Positions 31,864-41,965 of a stretch of DNA of 64,000 nucleotides are shown here, in pieces. Position 1 is the stretch's first letter; each line of letters begins with the position of its first letter. Under the pieces are notes generated by a model. That model had not been told where the DNA came from. It did not search any database and was given only the letters and a program-made list of their open reading frames with translations. The DNA comes from a virus (taxonomy: Duplodnaviria > Heunggongvirae > Uroviricota > Caudoviricetes), in the IMG/VR virus record IMGVR_UViG_2565956708_000007. One strand, 5' to 3'. Made by a program: the position numbers and the translations under genes.

Positions 31864-32329
31864 ACTTGCCGGGTACGTCTCCGGCGAGGGCTTCCACCTC
31901 CGTATGCTTTTCGGCGCACCGCGCCCTGGCTGCAATTCGGTAACAGGGGATGCATAACCCTGGCTTCCAGCGTGATTAGCGCTTTCAGCATGACGGGATA
32001 TACCCGTAAATTCGTGGAACTGTACCCAAAGTGCTGTTAAGCACCGCTGTTACGCTGAAAAGAAGACGCAACAGGAAAGGACGCTGACCAACAGATGGCC
32101 CCTTCTCGTTCATCTGGTTAATCACACCAGCGCCCTTACCTGTTGTGCCTCCCCGTTCCCTAATACACAGACGGGGACACTCTGCGGTCGATTTTTTTGA
32201 CGGGGGACGACTCATACCCCGTGGCATCTGGTTTCTTAGGCCGCTACCATCATCAGATCATCGTTTGCATTTACTTTAATGGTCAGTTTCTAAACCGCCG
32301 CAAAGTCGCTAACCATGACGAAAACCCTG

Positions 32330-32355
32330 AAAAAAACGCCCACCCGAAGATGGGC
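32330..32355 (-). terminator. Intrinsic terminator-like hairpin plus U-run in the leader upstream of the tRNA genes
   Basis: minus strand GCCCA-tcttcggg-TGGGC followed by GTTTTTTT. Confidence 0.55.
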
Positions 32356-32518
32356 AAACTGGAAGCTCGTAACGCACTTCGGCGTTGCCACTTAGGCGCA
32401 TGGTCAACCTGGCAACTCGGTGGTTTGTCTGGGAGGACTAGGCCCAGCCATGCTTACCGCCGCGCCTGTCGCGGCTAACAGCTAAATCGCTCTATAAATC
32501 ACGATTCATTGAGGCGAT

Positions 32519-32546
32519 ATTACACTAATAAATTTATTAGAGCAAT
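32519..32546 (-). promoter_or_regulatory. Two overlapping, oppositely oriented C1 operator-like sites with embedded promoter for the tRNA-ban operon
   Basis: ATTACACTAATAAATTT (15/17) overlapping AAATTTATTAGAGCAAT (17/17 reverse complement); -35 TTGCTC and -10 TAATAT on minus strand. Confidence 0.75.
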
Positions 32547-34801
32547 ACACCCAAAACGTCATGAGCTACACCTCGAGTGTCCCCCTTACAAGACACAGAA
32601 CGTCTGGCAAAAAGAGGTTCCACTCTGAAGCCACTGTCATGATAAAGCTCTCTGATGTTTGGCGCGCCACTGTTAGTAATGAGAACCTTTGCACCTCGAC
32701 GATGAGCATCCGTCAACAGAGACACCAGGCGTTTTTGCTCTTCAAACTTAAAGTCATGACCGGAATAGTTCGTGAATCCCTCTGTATTTGGAAGCGGTTC
32801 ATACGGCGGATCGCAAAAGATGACATCTCCTTCTCCGGCAGCTTCAATCACCGCTGCAAAATCACCGCATACAAACTCAGACCGCCCTTCCGCACCGAGG
32901 AAGGCTTCCATCTCCTGTAATGGGAAATACGGAGTTTTATACTTCCCATAACCGACATTGAACTCACCGGCCTGGTTGTAACGCGTCAATCCGTTAAAAC
33001 AATGTCGGTTCAGGAACAAAAACGCCGCTGCGCGATGTAAATCATCATAGACTTGTTTGTTAAACGCATTCCGTACTGCCAGGTATCCTTCCTGTGTGTT
33101 GTAGTCCTGGAAGAAACGATGTGCCAGAGTGATAAGTGAATGCGCCTCGCGTTGCAGAGTCTTGTAAAAGTTAATCAGGTCAGCATTCACATCATTTAGC
33201 AGATTTTCCTGGTATCCGGCATTCATGAAGACAGCTCCGCCACCAACGAAAGGTTCAATCAGGCGCTTCCCTTCTGGCAAATAGCGAAAGATTTGTTCCA
33301 GAACACCAAATTTTCCACCAGCCCATTTGAATATGGACCGTTCGAATTCTGCCGCTGGTTTAACTTTTCGCTCTTTTGTTTCACTTCCTTCTTTCTGCCG
33401 ACATACGGCCTTAGTAATCCGATCGCCAATCCAGCGCATTACTGGTATTGCCATACTATTGCCGATCGCTTTGTAACGCGGTCCGTCAGCTGCAAGCATC
33501 GCGGCCTCTTCTTCGCTTAAATCTGGATAGTGATTGCGAAGATATGCCAGTTCATCTGAATTAACTTTTTTACGCTTTTCCGTCGGGATCAACGTATGCC
33601 CATCAGGAAAACCTTGCAGCCTTTCACATTCGACAGGGGTAAGACGGCGGACAGCTACTTCTGCGTTTCTTACTTCATAGCAAACAGCTGTTGGATTTTT
33701 AGCCATTAGAGATGGTGAAGTATTCTTAGTTGCAGCATGTTGTGTACCGCTCATACGCTCAGGAAAAGCCAATGTAACAAGATGCTCATGGCTTTCTTGC
33801 TCACGTGCCCGCAATGTACCATGCCCTTCTGACCAAAAACCTGCTCCTGTGCTGCTAAAAACGGCAAGGTCAGTGGCATCTTTAAAATCTCTTGCCTTTA
33901 CTGTCGATGCGGTTTCATCGTCAATATATTCCCCAAATGCTGCCATCCTGAAAGCGTTTACGGCTTTCGTCGATTTCATACCGGGTGGCATGTCAGCGTG
34001 TAGGCATGGATTTAGGCTTTCGCCACTGATTGCAGCGCCATTTGCAATAATGGCGGAAGCGATTTCCTTCTTTTTTCGGCTCGGCGCAATATTCCGGCGC
34101 ACGCCTTCGAACTCAAAAAGTACCGTTGCGGGATCGAGGTCTGTTCGAGCACTTGCGACAACAAACACGCGTCGGCGTCGTTGTGCCACTCCGAAGTATT
34201 GGGCATCAAGGATTCTCCAGGCCACCTTTCGCTGCGGTCCATAAATACAACCACACTGCGGCCACTTTGGAGCATGGCAACCGGTTTTGCCATCCCACCG
34301 CCAGAACGCGTTACTTTTTCCTGATTCAGGTCGATCACCTGGTTCAAATGGCGCATCTTCTCCAGCCAATCCGGCAAGGAAACATCCGAAGGCGTTATCT
34401 GCCGATGACAGGACTCCTGGGACATTTTCCCAGACGATAACTGTCGGTTTGAGAAATGACTCAGCCCGTTTGTCGTCAATTGCATTTGCAAGCTCCACAT
34501 ACTTTAAAGTTAGCGCGCCACGCTCATCATCAAGCCCACCACGTAATCCAGCGATACTGAATGCCTGACAAGGTGTTCCCCCGACGAGCACATCAGGGGA
34601 TTCGATTTCCCCAGCCAGGACTTTTTTGGCAAGTTTTGTCATGTCGCCAAGGTTGGCGACATGGGGCCAGCGGTGCGCAAGAACGGCAGATGGAAAAGGC
34701 TCGATTTCAGCAAACCACGCCGGACGCATACCCAACGGTTCCCAGGCAATACTCGCGGCTTCAATTCCACTGCAAACAGATCCATAGCACAGCTCTTTCA
34801 C
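32537..34801 (-). CDS. dmt: Dmt, bifunctional DNA methyltransferase (N-terminal C5-cytosine MTase fused to C-terminal Dam-like N6-adenine MTase)
   Basis: GGTPCQAFS (PCQ motif IV) and ENV motif N-terminally; DPPY motif C-terminally; 754 aa. Confidence 0.9.
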   Translation of the reverse strand: MKELCYGSVCSGIEAASIAWEPLGMRPAWFAEIEPFPSAVLAHRWPHVANLGDMTKLAKKVLAGEIESPDVLVGGTPCQAFSIAGLRGGLDDERGALTLKYVELANAIDDKRAESFLKPTVIVWENVPGVLSSADNAFGCFLAGLAGEDAPFEPGDRPESGKSNAFWRWDGKTGCHAPKWPQCGCIYGPQRKVAWRILDAQYFGVAQRRRRVFVVASARTDLDPATVLFEFEGVRRNIAPSRKKKEIASAIIANGAAISGESLNPCLHADMPPGMKSTKAVNAFRMAAFGEYIDDETASTVKARDFKDATDLAVFSSTGAGFWSEGHGTLRAREQESHEHLVTLAFPERMSGTQHAATKNTSPSLMAKNPTAVCYEVRNAEVAVRRLTPVECERLQGFPDGHTLIPTEKRKKVNSDELAYLRNHYPDLSEEEAAMLAADGPRYKAIGNSMAIPVMRWIGDRITKAVCRQKEGSETKERKVKPAAEFERSIFKWAGGKFGVLEQIFRYLPEGKRLIEPFVGGGAVFMNAGYQENLLNDVNADLINFYKTLQREAHSLITLAHRFFQDYNTQEGYLAVRNAFNKQVYDDLHRAAAFLFLNRHCFNGLTRYNQAGEFNVGYGKYKTPYFPLQEMEAFLGAEGRSEFVCGDFAAVIEAAGEGDVIFCDPPYEPLPNTEGFTNYSGHDFKFEEQKRLVSLLTDAHRRGAKVLITNSGAPNIRELYHDSGFRVEPLFARRSVSCKGDTRGVAHDVLGVLL

Positions 34802-35703
34802 TGCTTAGCCTCTCCACCAAGGGCATTTACCAGAGCATCAACCAGGCACGAAATTTCACTGGTCAACAGGAAGAAATCTGCGTCCAGTCGCTGCGCTACA
34901 TCTTCACTATCAATATCAGAGTTCTGATCAAGCAATTCATCCGCAAATTTGACGCTGGTAAGGCTGAAGTTATGGTCCAGTGTAAATTTAATGCGGTTCT
35001 GCCAGTCGAGTGCCAACTTAGTGACGAGCTTGCCAGCTTCCAGGTGTGTGGAAATTTCATCGCTTCCCAAATCCTGCTTTTTCACTCGGGCAATACCGCC
35101 ATCCTCAAGCACTGCCTTAAGTTCTGCCGCATCCCCCATTTGAAATCCCTGTGGAGCACTACCATCACGTACCCAGTCGGTCAGCGTTAATTCAATGGGA
35201 TTTTCAACACTCAGGGGAACAACAGGAAGAGAACCCAGAGACTTACGCATAAGCGCGAGCATATCCTCTGCCTGCCGCGCGCTGGCATTGATATAGATAC
35301 GTTTAGTTGAACCGTCGTAGATCGCCTGGATAACAGAAAACTTTGAAAAAGCCCGTGGCAGAAGAGAATGCAGAACTTCGTCTTTCAGGGAGTCCTTCTC
35401 TGTTTTCTTCAGTTTACGCGCTTGTTCTTGCTCAAGTTTTTCAATTTTTTCTTGAATAGCTCGCTGGATAACCGGCGGGGGAAGAATTTTTGTTTCGCGC
35501 TTTGCTTCAACAAGGATAAAACCATTTCCATGCATAGCGATAACTTCGGAATTATCACCAAATGGAGATACAAAACCGAACTTGGCCATATCCTGACTAC
35601 CGCATGGCGTGAAAAGGATCATTTTCTTTTTATCTTCTAAGTCGGTCAGATCCGCCTCACGAGAAAGTTTATAAATAGTAATGTTTTTCCAGTGCTTAAA
35701 CAT
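34798..35703 (-). CDS. hrdC: HrdC, RdgC homolog (recombination-associated protein)
   Basis: strong resemblance to E. coli RdgC along the whole length ([11 protein letters not shown]..., [21 protein letters not shown]); start placed at MFKHWKN. Confidence 0.85.
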   Translation of the reverse strand: MFKHWKNITIYKLSREADLTDLEDKKKMILFTPCGSQDMAKFGFVSPFGDNSEVIAMHGNGFILVEAKRETKILPPPVIQRAIQEKIEKLEQEQARKLKKTEKDSLKDEVLHSLLPRAFSKFSVIQAIYDGSTKRIYINASARQAEDMLALMRKSLGSLPVVPLSVENPIELTLTDWVRDGSAPQGFQMGDAAELKAVLEDGGIARVKKQDLGSDEISTHLEAGKLVTKLALDWQNRIKFTLDHNFSLTSVKFADELLDQNSDIDSEDVAQRLDADFFLLTSEISCLVDALVNALGGEAKQ

Positions 35704-35980
35704 GTTGTAACCCTTGAATATCAACCACAGAAAGCTCGTCTTTGTAGAAAAAGGCCAGGTTGTGGCACCCCCTCGTTTGAGCGTATGAGCTGGGACCAAT
35801 TTCGTTCTTCCAGACAAATGGCTTCAAATCCGTACGGCGAAGCATAAAAACGCGATTTGTTCCGCTCTGATTCCCAATGAGGCAAAAGCCTTCTTTCACC
35901 TTGATAGCCTGCAAGTTGTCGAGTTCACCGCTGGTTACACGGCTATCGAACTCTTTGCGGCTTATTAGCTCCATCTGCAT
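35696..35980 (-). CDS. Small protein upstream of hrdC (possibly P1 uhr); start uncertain
   Basis: ORF between operator at 36052 and hrdC. Confidence 0.4.
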   Translation of the reverse strand: MQMELISRKEFDSRVTSGELDNLQAIKVKEGFCLIGNQSGTNRVFMLRRTDLKPFVWKNEIGPSSYAQTRGCHNLAFFYKDELSVVDIQGLQHV

Positions 35981-36051
35981 CTGACGACTCCAAACAAATG
36001 CCCATTGAAGGGCGATGGCTGAATGGTACCGAAAATACGACATAAAAAACA

Positions 36052-36068
36052 ATATTTATTAGAGCAAT
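36052..36068 (-). promoter_or_regulatory. C1 operator-like site for the uhr-hrdC-dmt operon
   Basis: plus strand ATATTTATTAGAGCAAT, 16/17. Confidence 0.7.
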
Positions 36069-36149
36069 TTTGCAATAGTTGAACTCCATGTAGACCACAA
36101 ACAACCTGAGTTAAAATAACGAAAATCAGAGCAAATAATTGGTGATAAC

Positions 36150-36434
36150 GTGGCAAGTATTGCAACAAAAGACAGCATTTGTTCGGGGCACGGAGGATTC
36201 CCATCCAGGCCTCCTGTAGAGAGTGAACCACTACTTAAAGTCAACGGAGTCGAAGTGTTAGTTGATGGTAAGCAATATGCACAGCATACCGATGGAAACA
36301 GTACGCACGGTGGGCAAGCTATATCAACCAGGGCATGGTTTACCGTCAATGGTAAAGGGATCGTATGCGTTGGTGACCCTGTTTCATGCGGATCTACCGT
36401 AGCGTCCGGAGACGGCCTGGTTCAGGTAAGTTAG
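36150..36434 (+). CDS. PAAR-repeat spike-tip protein, GTG start
   Basis: 94 aa; SGHGG, VCVGDPVSCGS and ASGDG segments typical of PAAR proteins. Confidence 0.55.
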   Translation: MASIATKDSICSGHGGFPSRPPVESEPLLKVNGVEVLVDGKQYAQHTDGNSTHGGQAISTRAWFTVNGKGIVCVGDPVSCGSTVASGDGLVQVS

Positions 36435-36442
36435 GAGATATC

Positions 36443-37231
36443 ATGCTGGAAAAAGACTACCAGTTATCCGCATATAAAAAATTGGCCGCCGCCGGTGGGA
36501 TGAAAACACCTGGTGCCATAACATCGGCACGAAACAGTGCTAACACAGCAAAACTGCTTGCAGAAGAATTGACCGGATTAATTCTGGATACAATTGTCTA
36601 TCCCGACACTATTACCAGCTATGTTTCAACGATCAGAACAACCACAACCGGCTTAACGAACATTGGAGAACTGGCAACTAAGCACGCGGACCTGTTGGCT
36701 GGTTATGCAGATCTGTCAATGCTGCTTCAACTCGATATTGGTTGGGATGTTTACTGCCGTGCTAATGAGCGAGAAGTATCAGAACTGCCGATCTCTATTG
36801 CCATTGGTGATGTGACTATTACTAAATCGCTTGAGGACGCTGTAAACGCGCTTAATACATCAAGTTTAGTCGCTGCTATGGGGGAGATTAACCAGACCCT
36901 TAACACTGGCTCAGGAAGCTCGTCAGGCTCTGGTTCAGGCGGCGGCACTGCCACTCCCCCACCAGCACTAACAGAAGAGCAAATTGAATCTCTGAAAGTA
37001 GCAACTGAACAGTTTGGGGTTGTATTCAACCAGACAACAGCGGCCACAACTGCGTTACAACAGCAGTATGAACGAGCGAATGAAAGCGCCAATGTAGCCA
37101 TAACTGCTTATAACCATGCTATCGGTACTGCGCTTGCGGAAGCATCAGCAAATAAGGCCAGCACAGCCAGCGCAGTTGCTGCTTTGGTTCCTGATTCTGT
37201 TCTTGATGAATTAAACAAAGCGGCACAGTAA
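36443..37231 (+). CDS. Hypothetical protein with Gly/Ser-rich linker
   Basis: ORF; SGSSSGSGSGGG linker. Confidence 0.5.
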   Translation: MLEKDYQLSAYKKLAAAGGMKTPGAITSARNSANTAKLLAEELTGLILDTIVYPDTITSYVSTIRTTTTGLTNIGELATKHADLLAGYADLSMLLQLDIGWDVYCRANEREVSELPISIAIGDVTITKSLEDAVNALNTSSLVAAMGEINQTLNTGSGSSSGSGSGGGTATPPPALTEEQIESLKVATEQFGVVFNQTTAATTALQQQYERANESANVAITAYNHAIGTALAEASANKASTASAVAALVPDSVLDELNKAAQ

Positions 37232-37270
37232 CAAAGGACTTCATTGATAATTTTTCTTCAGGAGGAAGAC

Positions 37271-37693
37271 ATGTCATTCTTTTCTACGTTAAAAACAGCT
37301 TTGTCTTTGAAGGAGAAACTTGCTGCTACTGGTGTTCTTGTTCTGATTTGCGCACTTGTTGGTGCTGGGTTTGCATGGGAACGTCATCAGCTAAAGCAAG
37401 CCATCGAGAAAATTGGCAGTCTTGATCAGGCTGTTAAGGAACGTGATAAGTCAATAATGGATCTTAACCAGACCATTGAGACGATGAACAAAGCAGAGCA
37501 ACATTTTCACAGCCAGGAAGTGAAAAATGAATCAGAACAAGCCAAATATGCTGACAGGCAAATGGAACGAAAAGCTGAAGTTCAGAAACAACTGGTTGCG
37601 GCGGGTAATGTTCGCCAGCGCATTCCTGCTGACACTCAGCGGTTGCTCCGGGAGTCGATCAGCGAATTTAACGCCGACGCCGACAAAGGTTAA
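37271..37693 (+). CDS. i-spanin-like protein (N-terminal TM anchor, periplasmic coiled coil)
   Basis: AGGAGG RBS; TM segment ATGVLVLICALVGAGFAW; coiled-coil remainder; overlapped by a lipoprotein ORF in another frame. Confidence 0.45.
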   Translation: MSFFSTLKTALSLKEKLAATGVLVLICALVGAGFAWERHQLKQAIEKIGSLDQAVKERDKSIMDLNQTIETMNKAEQHFHSQEVKNESEQAKYADRQMERKAEVQKQLVAAGNVRQRIPADTQRLLRESISEFNADADKG

Positions 37694-37859
37694 CCACCCT
37701 GCCTCCAAAAGTGCATTTATGTGCAGAATGCCAGAGTTTAGCAGTGAATATTTCGATGATCTGCCAGCGTATATCCTCGATACAGAAACGATGCTGATGG
37801 GGATTAACAGGAAGAATCGCAACGTTAATGATTACAACCGCGCTATCAGCGGTAACTAA
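37527..37859 (+). CDS. o-spanin-like outer-membrane lipoprotein, overlapping the preceding gene
   Basis: lipobox LLTLSGC; starts inside 37271-37693 in a different frame and extends beyond it. Confidence 0.45.
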   Translation: MNQNKPNMLTGKWNEKLKFRNNWLRRVMFASAFLLTLSGCSGSRSANLTPTPTKVNHPASKSAFMCRMPEFSSEYFDDLPAYILDTETMLMGINRKNRNVNDYNRAISGN

Positions 37860-37870
37860 AAGGGATTTTT

Positions 37871-38263
37871 ATGTCTGATAAAGTAACAGTAAAGCAAACT
37901 ATCAACAAAGCGACTTCAATCTACAAAATTGAGCACATCACTGTTGGCAAGCCAGGATCTGAACAATACCGTCATGCTTTCGAGCTTGCCGCTCAGCTTG
38001 GTTTAAAACACCCGGATTGCATTGAGCATGTATTTCCGACCTATGCTGATGAGCAATGTACTCATGTTCTTACCGAAGAGGATTTTTTCAGCACTGAAGA
38101 ACGAGAAGGCGTTGATCGCTGCATTGGTGTGATTTGCTCTTCAGTGAGTTATGAGTTATTCCCTAATGTCCATGAAAATGGTGGTATTGGATACCAATTC
38201 CTGTACGAAGGCGATGAGCTTAAATGTTATGAACATGGTCTTCTTATCGAAAGCGTAGAATAA
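37871..38263 (+). CDS. Hypothetical protein (130 aa)
   Basis: ORF upstream of origin. Confidence 0.5.
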   Translation: MSDKVTVKQTINKATSIYKIEHITVGKPGSEQYRHAFELAAQLGLKHPDCIEHVFPTYADEQCTHVLTEEDFFSTEEREGVDRCIGVICSSVSYELFPNVHENGGIGYQFLYEGDELKCYEHGLLIESVE

Positions 38264-38299
38264 TACCCTTCCTTCCAACCGGCTATGTTGGCCGGTTTA

Positions 38300-38400
38300 T
38301 TCAACTTATCCACAGCATAGATCCAATAAACAGATCCCAAAGAGAACCTAGGAAGATCCAAAGAAGATCCCGGATCGCTGTAAGCCGCGCCGTTCATGGC
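38300..38400 (+). other. Plasmid origin core: DnaA box and cluster of six GATC (Dam) sites
   Basis: TTATCCACA at 38306-38314; GATC at 38320, 38333, 38355, 38366, 38373, 38410, mostly within AGATCC heptamers. Confidence 0.75.
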
Positions 38401-38417
38401 CTGAAACGGGATCAACA

Positions 38418-38522
38418 TTGACTATACGCGATTTTATGTTGACTGTGTGCGATTTTATGTTGACTGCACGCGATTTATTGTTGACTATACGCGACAGAAA
38501 CGTTGACTGTACGCGATTTTAG
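38418..38522 (+). repeat. Five direct iterons upstream of repA (incC-type)
   Basis: TTGACTRYRCGCGATTTTATG units starting at 38418, 38439, 38460, 38481, 38503 (21-22 bp period). Confidence 0.85.
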
Positions 38523-38597
38523 AGCCTGAATATTCACAGCTGTTGATAACAGTCATCTAAATTAACGCCAGGCCGCGCCACACATGGAGAAACCACG

Positions 38598-39482
38598 ATG
38601 CCGGAAGAAAGTAAAGGCTTCCTTAGCGTTGAAGAAGTTGCAGGAAATACAGGAGAAATCCACAGCCTGAAGCCCAATAACAACAGCACTATACAACCTA
38701 TCGCTTTGTTGCGCTTAGGTGTGTTTGTGCCAACCTTAAAATCTACCAATGTGGCACTACGTCGCGGATCGTCAGTTACAACAAACACAACGAACGCAAC
38801 TGAAGAACTATCAAGCCTCAAAATTGTTGAGCAGGAAGGCTATGAGGGAATTGAAATTCATGGTCCACGCCTGGATATGGATACTGATTTTAAGGTGTGG
38901 GTGGGCATAACCTCCGCGTTGTTTGACTACGCACCTGATGATGACGGCATAATCACCCTGCCATTCTCCGAGTTTGCCGATCGATGCGGCTATCCACGTA
39001 AGCGCCTTTCAAAGGCGTTCCGTAAAAGTATTGATGACTCTCTGACACGCATTCAGCAGACAGTTGTCAAATTCCGCTTCCCGGCGGCAAAAGGTCATCT
39101 CAATAACATTAACGTCAACTTGTTGGCATATAGCAGCCTGAATACCGAGCTTGATGTTATCGAGATCCAGCCGCAGAAACAGCTATCTGAACTTTACTAT
39201 GTTGACTATAAGCGAATCCTGAAGCTGAAGATGCTGGATAAACTAGGGCGCAAAGAGACGGCCAAGGTACTGTATACATTCTTTGAGGCTCTACCCGCCA
39301 ACCCGGCACCTGTCAGCATTGAGCGCCTTAGAGCGAGGCTTAATCTCAAATCATCCGTTAGCGTGCAAAATAGCGTTATCAGAAAAGCCATGAAAGATTT
39401 GGAAGCTATTGAATATCTTAAATTTTCAGAGATAAAAAACGGCAGGAAAATCGGCTTCCAGATCCATAAGCGCAATCCATAA
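38598..39482 (+). CDS. repA: RepA plasmid replication initiator (P1/P7 family, divergent from P1 RepA)
   Basis: shares blocks with P1 RepA (PVALMRLGVFVP, GPRLDMDTDFK, FVIVHSRNP-like end) but differs in the N-terminus and in iteron sequence. Confidence 0.85.
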   Translation: MPEESKGFLSVEEVAGNTGEIHSLKPNNNSTIQPIALLRLGVFVPTLKSTNVALRRGSSVTTNTTNATEELSSLKIVEQEGYEGIEIHGPRLDMDTDFKVWVGITSALFDYAPDDDGIITLPFSEFADRCGYPRKRLSKAFRKSIDDSLTRIQQTVVKFRFPAAKGHLNNINVNLLAYSSLNTELDVIEIQPQKQLSELYYVDYKRILKLKMLDKLGRKETAKVLYTFFEALPANPAPVSIERLRARLNLKSSVSVQNSVIRKAMKDLEAIEYLKFSEIKNGRKIGFQIHKRNP

Positions 39483-39745
39483 TATTGACTATATGCGATA
39501 GCGAGAAGTTGACTATAGGCGACATTCGTTGACGCTGGTGGATTTTTGCTGGCGTCAATATTCTGCAAGTCGCTATTGAGATGGCTTTTAGGGGCATTTC
39601 ATCGCGTATAGTCAACGTTTCTCCCGACAATATCTTACATAGTCGATCTTTGGTGGAGTTAAATCGACTACAGTCAACTTTTGACTGTAGTCACATCGCG
39701 CATAGTCAACTATTCACATTAACCTTCGCGCATAGTCAACATTTG
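39483..39745 (+). repeat. incA-type iteron array downstream of repA, iterons in both orientations
   Basis: TTGACTATATGCGA, TTGACTATAGGCGA, TTGACTGTAGTCA direct; TCGCGTATAGTCAA, TCGCGCATAGTCAA (x2), GACTACAGTCAA inverted. Confidence 0.75.
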
Positions 39746-39774
39746 CGCGGTTCTCATCAAGCAGTGGTATTGAT

Positions 39775-40584
39775 ATGCAAGAAGAGAAACAACACTACCT
39801 CTACGTTCTGGTGCCAGAGAACGGAGATACTTTTAAAATCGGCATTTCATGTGGTCCATTGGCACGGTTTAAAGGGCTATAAGTGAGTCCCGATTTTGCG
39901 CTTTCACGGGTCTATCGTGGTACGCGTTTGGCAATAGTTAATCTTGAGCGGGCTTTACACGCAACCTTTTTCCCCTGGAATGCGCCGTGGGAGAAAAGCG
40001 CTGGTGGCGGGCATACTGAATGGTTTACACGAGAGTGTCTTGATAAGGTTTTGGCTCATATCGAATATCTAAATGATATGTGGGGAGGGATTCTCGAGCG
40101 CATTAAGTCGAATGATTTACTTCAGCGTCCAGTAGATGCTGCCCGCTCTTTCGAAAAAGAGCTGGATGTTACTTCTATCGTGACTTTCAAAGATGACGCA
40201 GGAATGAGGGACGTGGCTTATGTCTCCATATCTGGCTATGAACCGGACGCGATCCGCGCTCAATGTGAATTGCTGAAAGCAATGTTTATGCTTCGGACTA
40301 AATATTCCTGGGAGACAAGGCGGGTGTGCTTCCCTATGGAAGAGTTAACCGCCACCATTGATTCCCAGCTTTACCACGATAATCCAGAGAAGTTTTTTAG
40401 CCTTTTAGCCGGTAATGGGCTTAACTGTGTGTCCGGGCTGGGGCGAAGTAGAATCCAACATGCCTCGCTCTTCGGTCCCTTCTTTTACGATCGACACGGG
40501 TACTTTGAGGCTGAACTTCCGGCGCTTACGCGTGCTATAGATACTATCGATTTCGAACGATTATTCGCTGCTCTTAGCAAATAA
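39775..40584 (+). pseudogene. GIY-YIG / T5orf172-family protein gene interrupted by an in-frame TAA at 39880-39882
   Basis: ATG at 39775 encodes HYLYVLVPENGDTFKIGIS (GIY-YIG N-terminal motif); TAA in frame; same frame continues ...NLERALHATFF...GGHTEWF. Confidence 0.5.
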
Positions 40585-40591
40585 CACTGAT

Positions 40592-40612
40592 GCCCCTGAA
40601 CGGGGCTTTTTT
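40592..40612 (+). terminator. Intrinsic terminator
   Basis: GCCCC-tgaac-GGGGC followed by TTTTTT. Confidence 0.75.
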
Positions 40613-40705
40613 GTGCCCTCCTTGTAACTCTCAATCGTGCAAAATGAACCAAACATGCAGAGAATGCTATGTACAAGCATCTGTGCATACATTATTATTT
40701 TATGC

Positions 40706-40746
40706 AGCATTTTTAATTAAATTCAAAAATACAGCATAAAGGATGA
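40706..40746 (+). promoter_or_regulatory. Imperfect inverted repeat in parA promoter region, probable par operator
   Basis: TTTATGCAGCATTTTT ... AAAAATACAGCATAAA (14/16 complementary). Confidence 0.5.
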
Positions 40747-40752
40747 CTTTCG

Positions 40753-41949
40753 ATGAGTGATTCCAGCCAGCTTCACAAGGTTGCTCAAAGAGCAAACAGA
40801 ATGCTCAATGTTCTGACTGAACAAGTACAGTTGCAAAAGGATGAGCTACACGCGAACGAGTTTTACCAGGTCTATGCGAAAGCGGCACTGGCAAAATTGC
40901 CTCTACTGACTCGTGCGAACGTTGACTATGCCGTAAGTGAAATGGAAGAAAAGGGTTATGTTTTCGATAAACGCCCTGCTGGCTCTTCAATGAAATATGC
41001 GATGTCAATTCAGAACATCATTGACATATATGAACATCGCGGAGTGCCAAAATACCGGGATCGCTACAGCGAAGCGTATGTGATTTTCATCTCCAATCTT
41101 AAAGGCGGTGTGTCAAAAACTGTATCGACGGTTTCTCTGGCGCATGCAATGCGTGCTCATCCTCATCTTCTGATGGAAGATTTAAGGATTCTGGTTATTG
41201 ACCTTGATCCGCAATCTTCAGCAACGATGTTTTTAAGCCATAAACACTCTATTGGTATCGTAAACGCAACATCTGCACAGGCTATGTTGCAGAATGTAAG
41301 CCGTGAAGAGCTGTTAGAGGAGTTTATTGTTCCTTCTGTTGTACCTGGGGTTGACGTTATGCCTGCGTCGATTGACGATGCCTTTATTGCATCCGATTGG
41401 AGAGAGCTGTGCAATGAGCATCTACCGGGTCAGAACATCCATGCAGTCCTGAAAGAAAATGTGATTGATAAGCTGAAGAGCGATTATGACTTTATCCTCG
41501 TTGATAGTGGTCCTCACCTTGACGCCTTCCTGAAAAATGCTTTGGCCTCGGCCAATATACTGTTTACACCTCTGCCGCCTGCAACGGTTGATTTCCACTC
41601 ATCGCTTAAATACGTTGCCCGCCTTCCTGAGTTGGTGAAACTCATTTCGGATGAAGGCTGTGAGTGTCAGCTTGCAACTAACATTGGATTTATGTCCAAG
41701 TTGAGTAACAAGGCAGACCATAAGTATTGCCATAGCCTGGCTAAAGAAGTGTTCGGTGGGGATATGCTTGATGTTGTCCTCCCTCGCCTTGACGGTTTTG
41801 AACGCTGCGGCGAGTCTTTTGACACTGTTATTTCAGCTAACCCGGCAACGTATGTTGGTAGTGCTGATGCATTGAAGAACGCGCGAATTGCTGCGGAAGA
41901 TTTTGCTAAAGCAGTTTTTGACCGTATTGAATTTATCAGATCTAACTGA
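40753..41949 (+). CDS. parA: ParA partition ATPase (398 aa)
   Basis: MSDSSQLHKVAQRANRMLNV N-terminus recognised as P1 ParA; deviant Walker A KGGVSKT. Confidence 0.9.
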   Translation: MSDSSQLHKVAQRANRMLNVLTEQVQLQKDELHANEFYQVYAKAALAKLPLLTRANVDYAVSEMEEKGYVFDKRPAGSSMKYAMSIQNIIDIYEHRGVPKYRDRYSEAYVIFISNLKGGVSKTVSTVSLAHAMRAHPHLLMEDLRILVIDLDPQSSATMFLSHKHSIGIVNATSAQAMLQNVSREELLEEFIVPSVVPGVDVMPASIDDAFIASDWRELCNEHLPGQNIHAVLKENVIDKLKSDYDFILVDSGPHLDAFLKNALASANILFTPLPPATVDFHSSLKYVARLPELVKLISDEGCECQLATNIGFMSKLSNKADHKYCHSLAKEVFGGDMLDVVLPRLDGFERCGESFDTVISANPATYVGSADALKNARIAAEDFAKAVFDRIEFIRSN

Positions 41950-41965
41950 GGAGTAAGAAACCCCC

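Noticed and set aside
38418-38522. Possible CRISPR array (regularly spaced direct repeats)
   Set aside because: Repeats are 19-21 bp with essentially no spacers, adjacent to repA and a DnaA box; these are plasmid iterons
39581-39886. 101-aa ORF spanning the incA iterons
   Set aside because: Composed of iteron repeats, different frame from the GIY-YIG reading frame, no RBS
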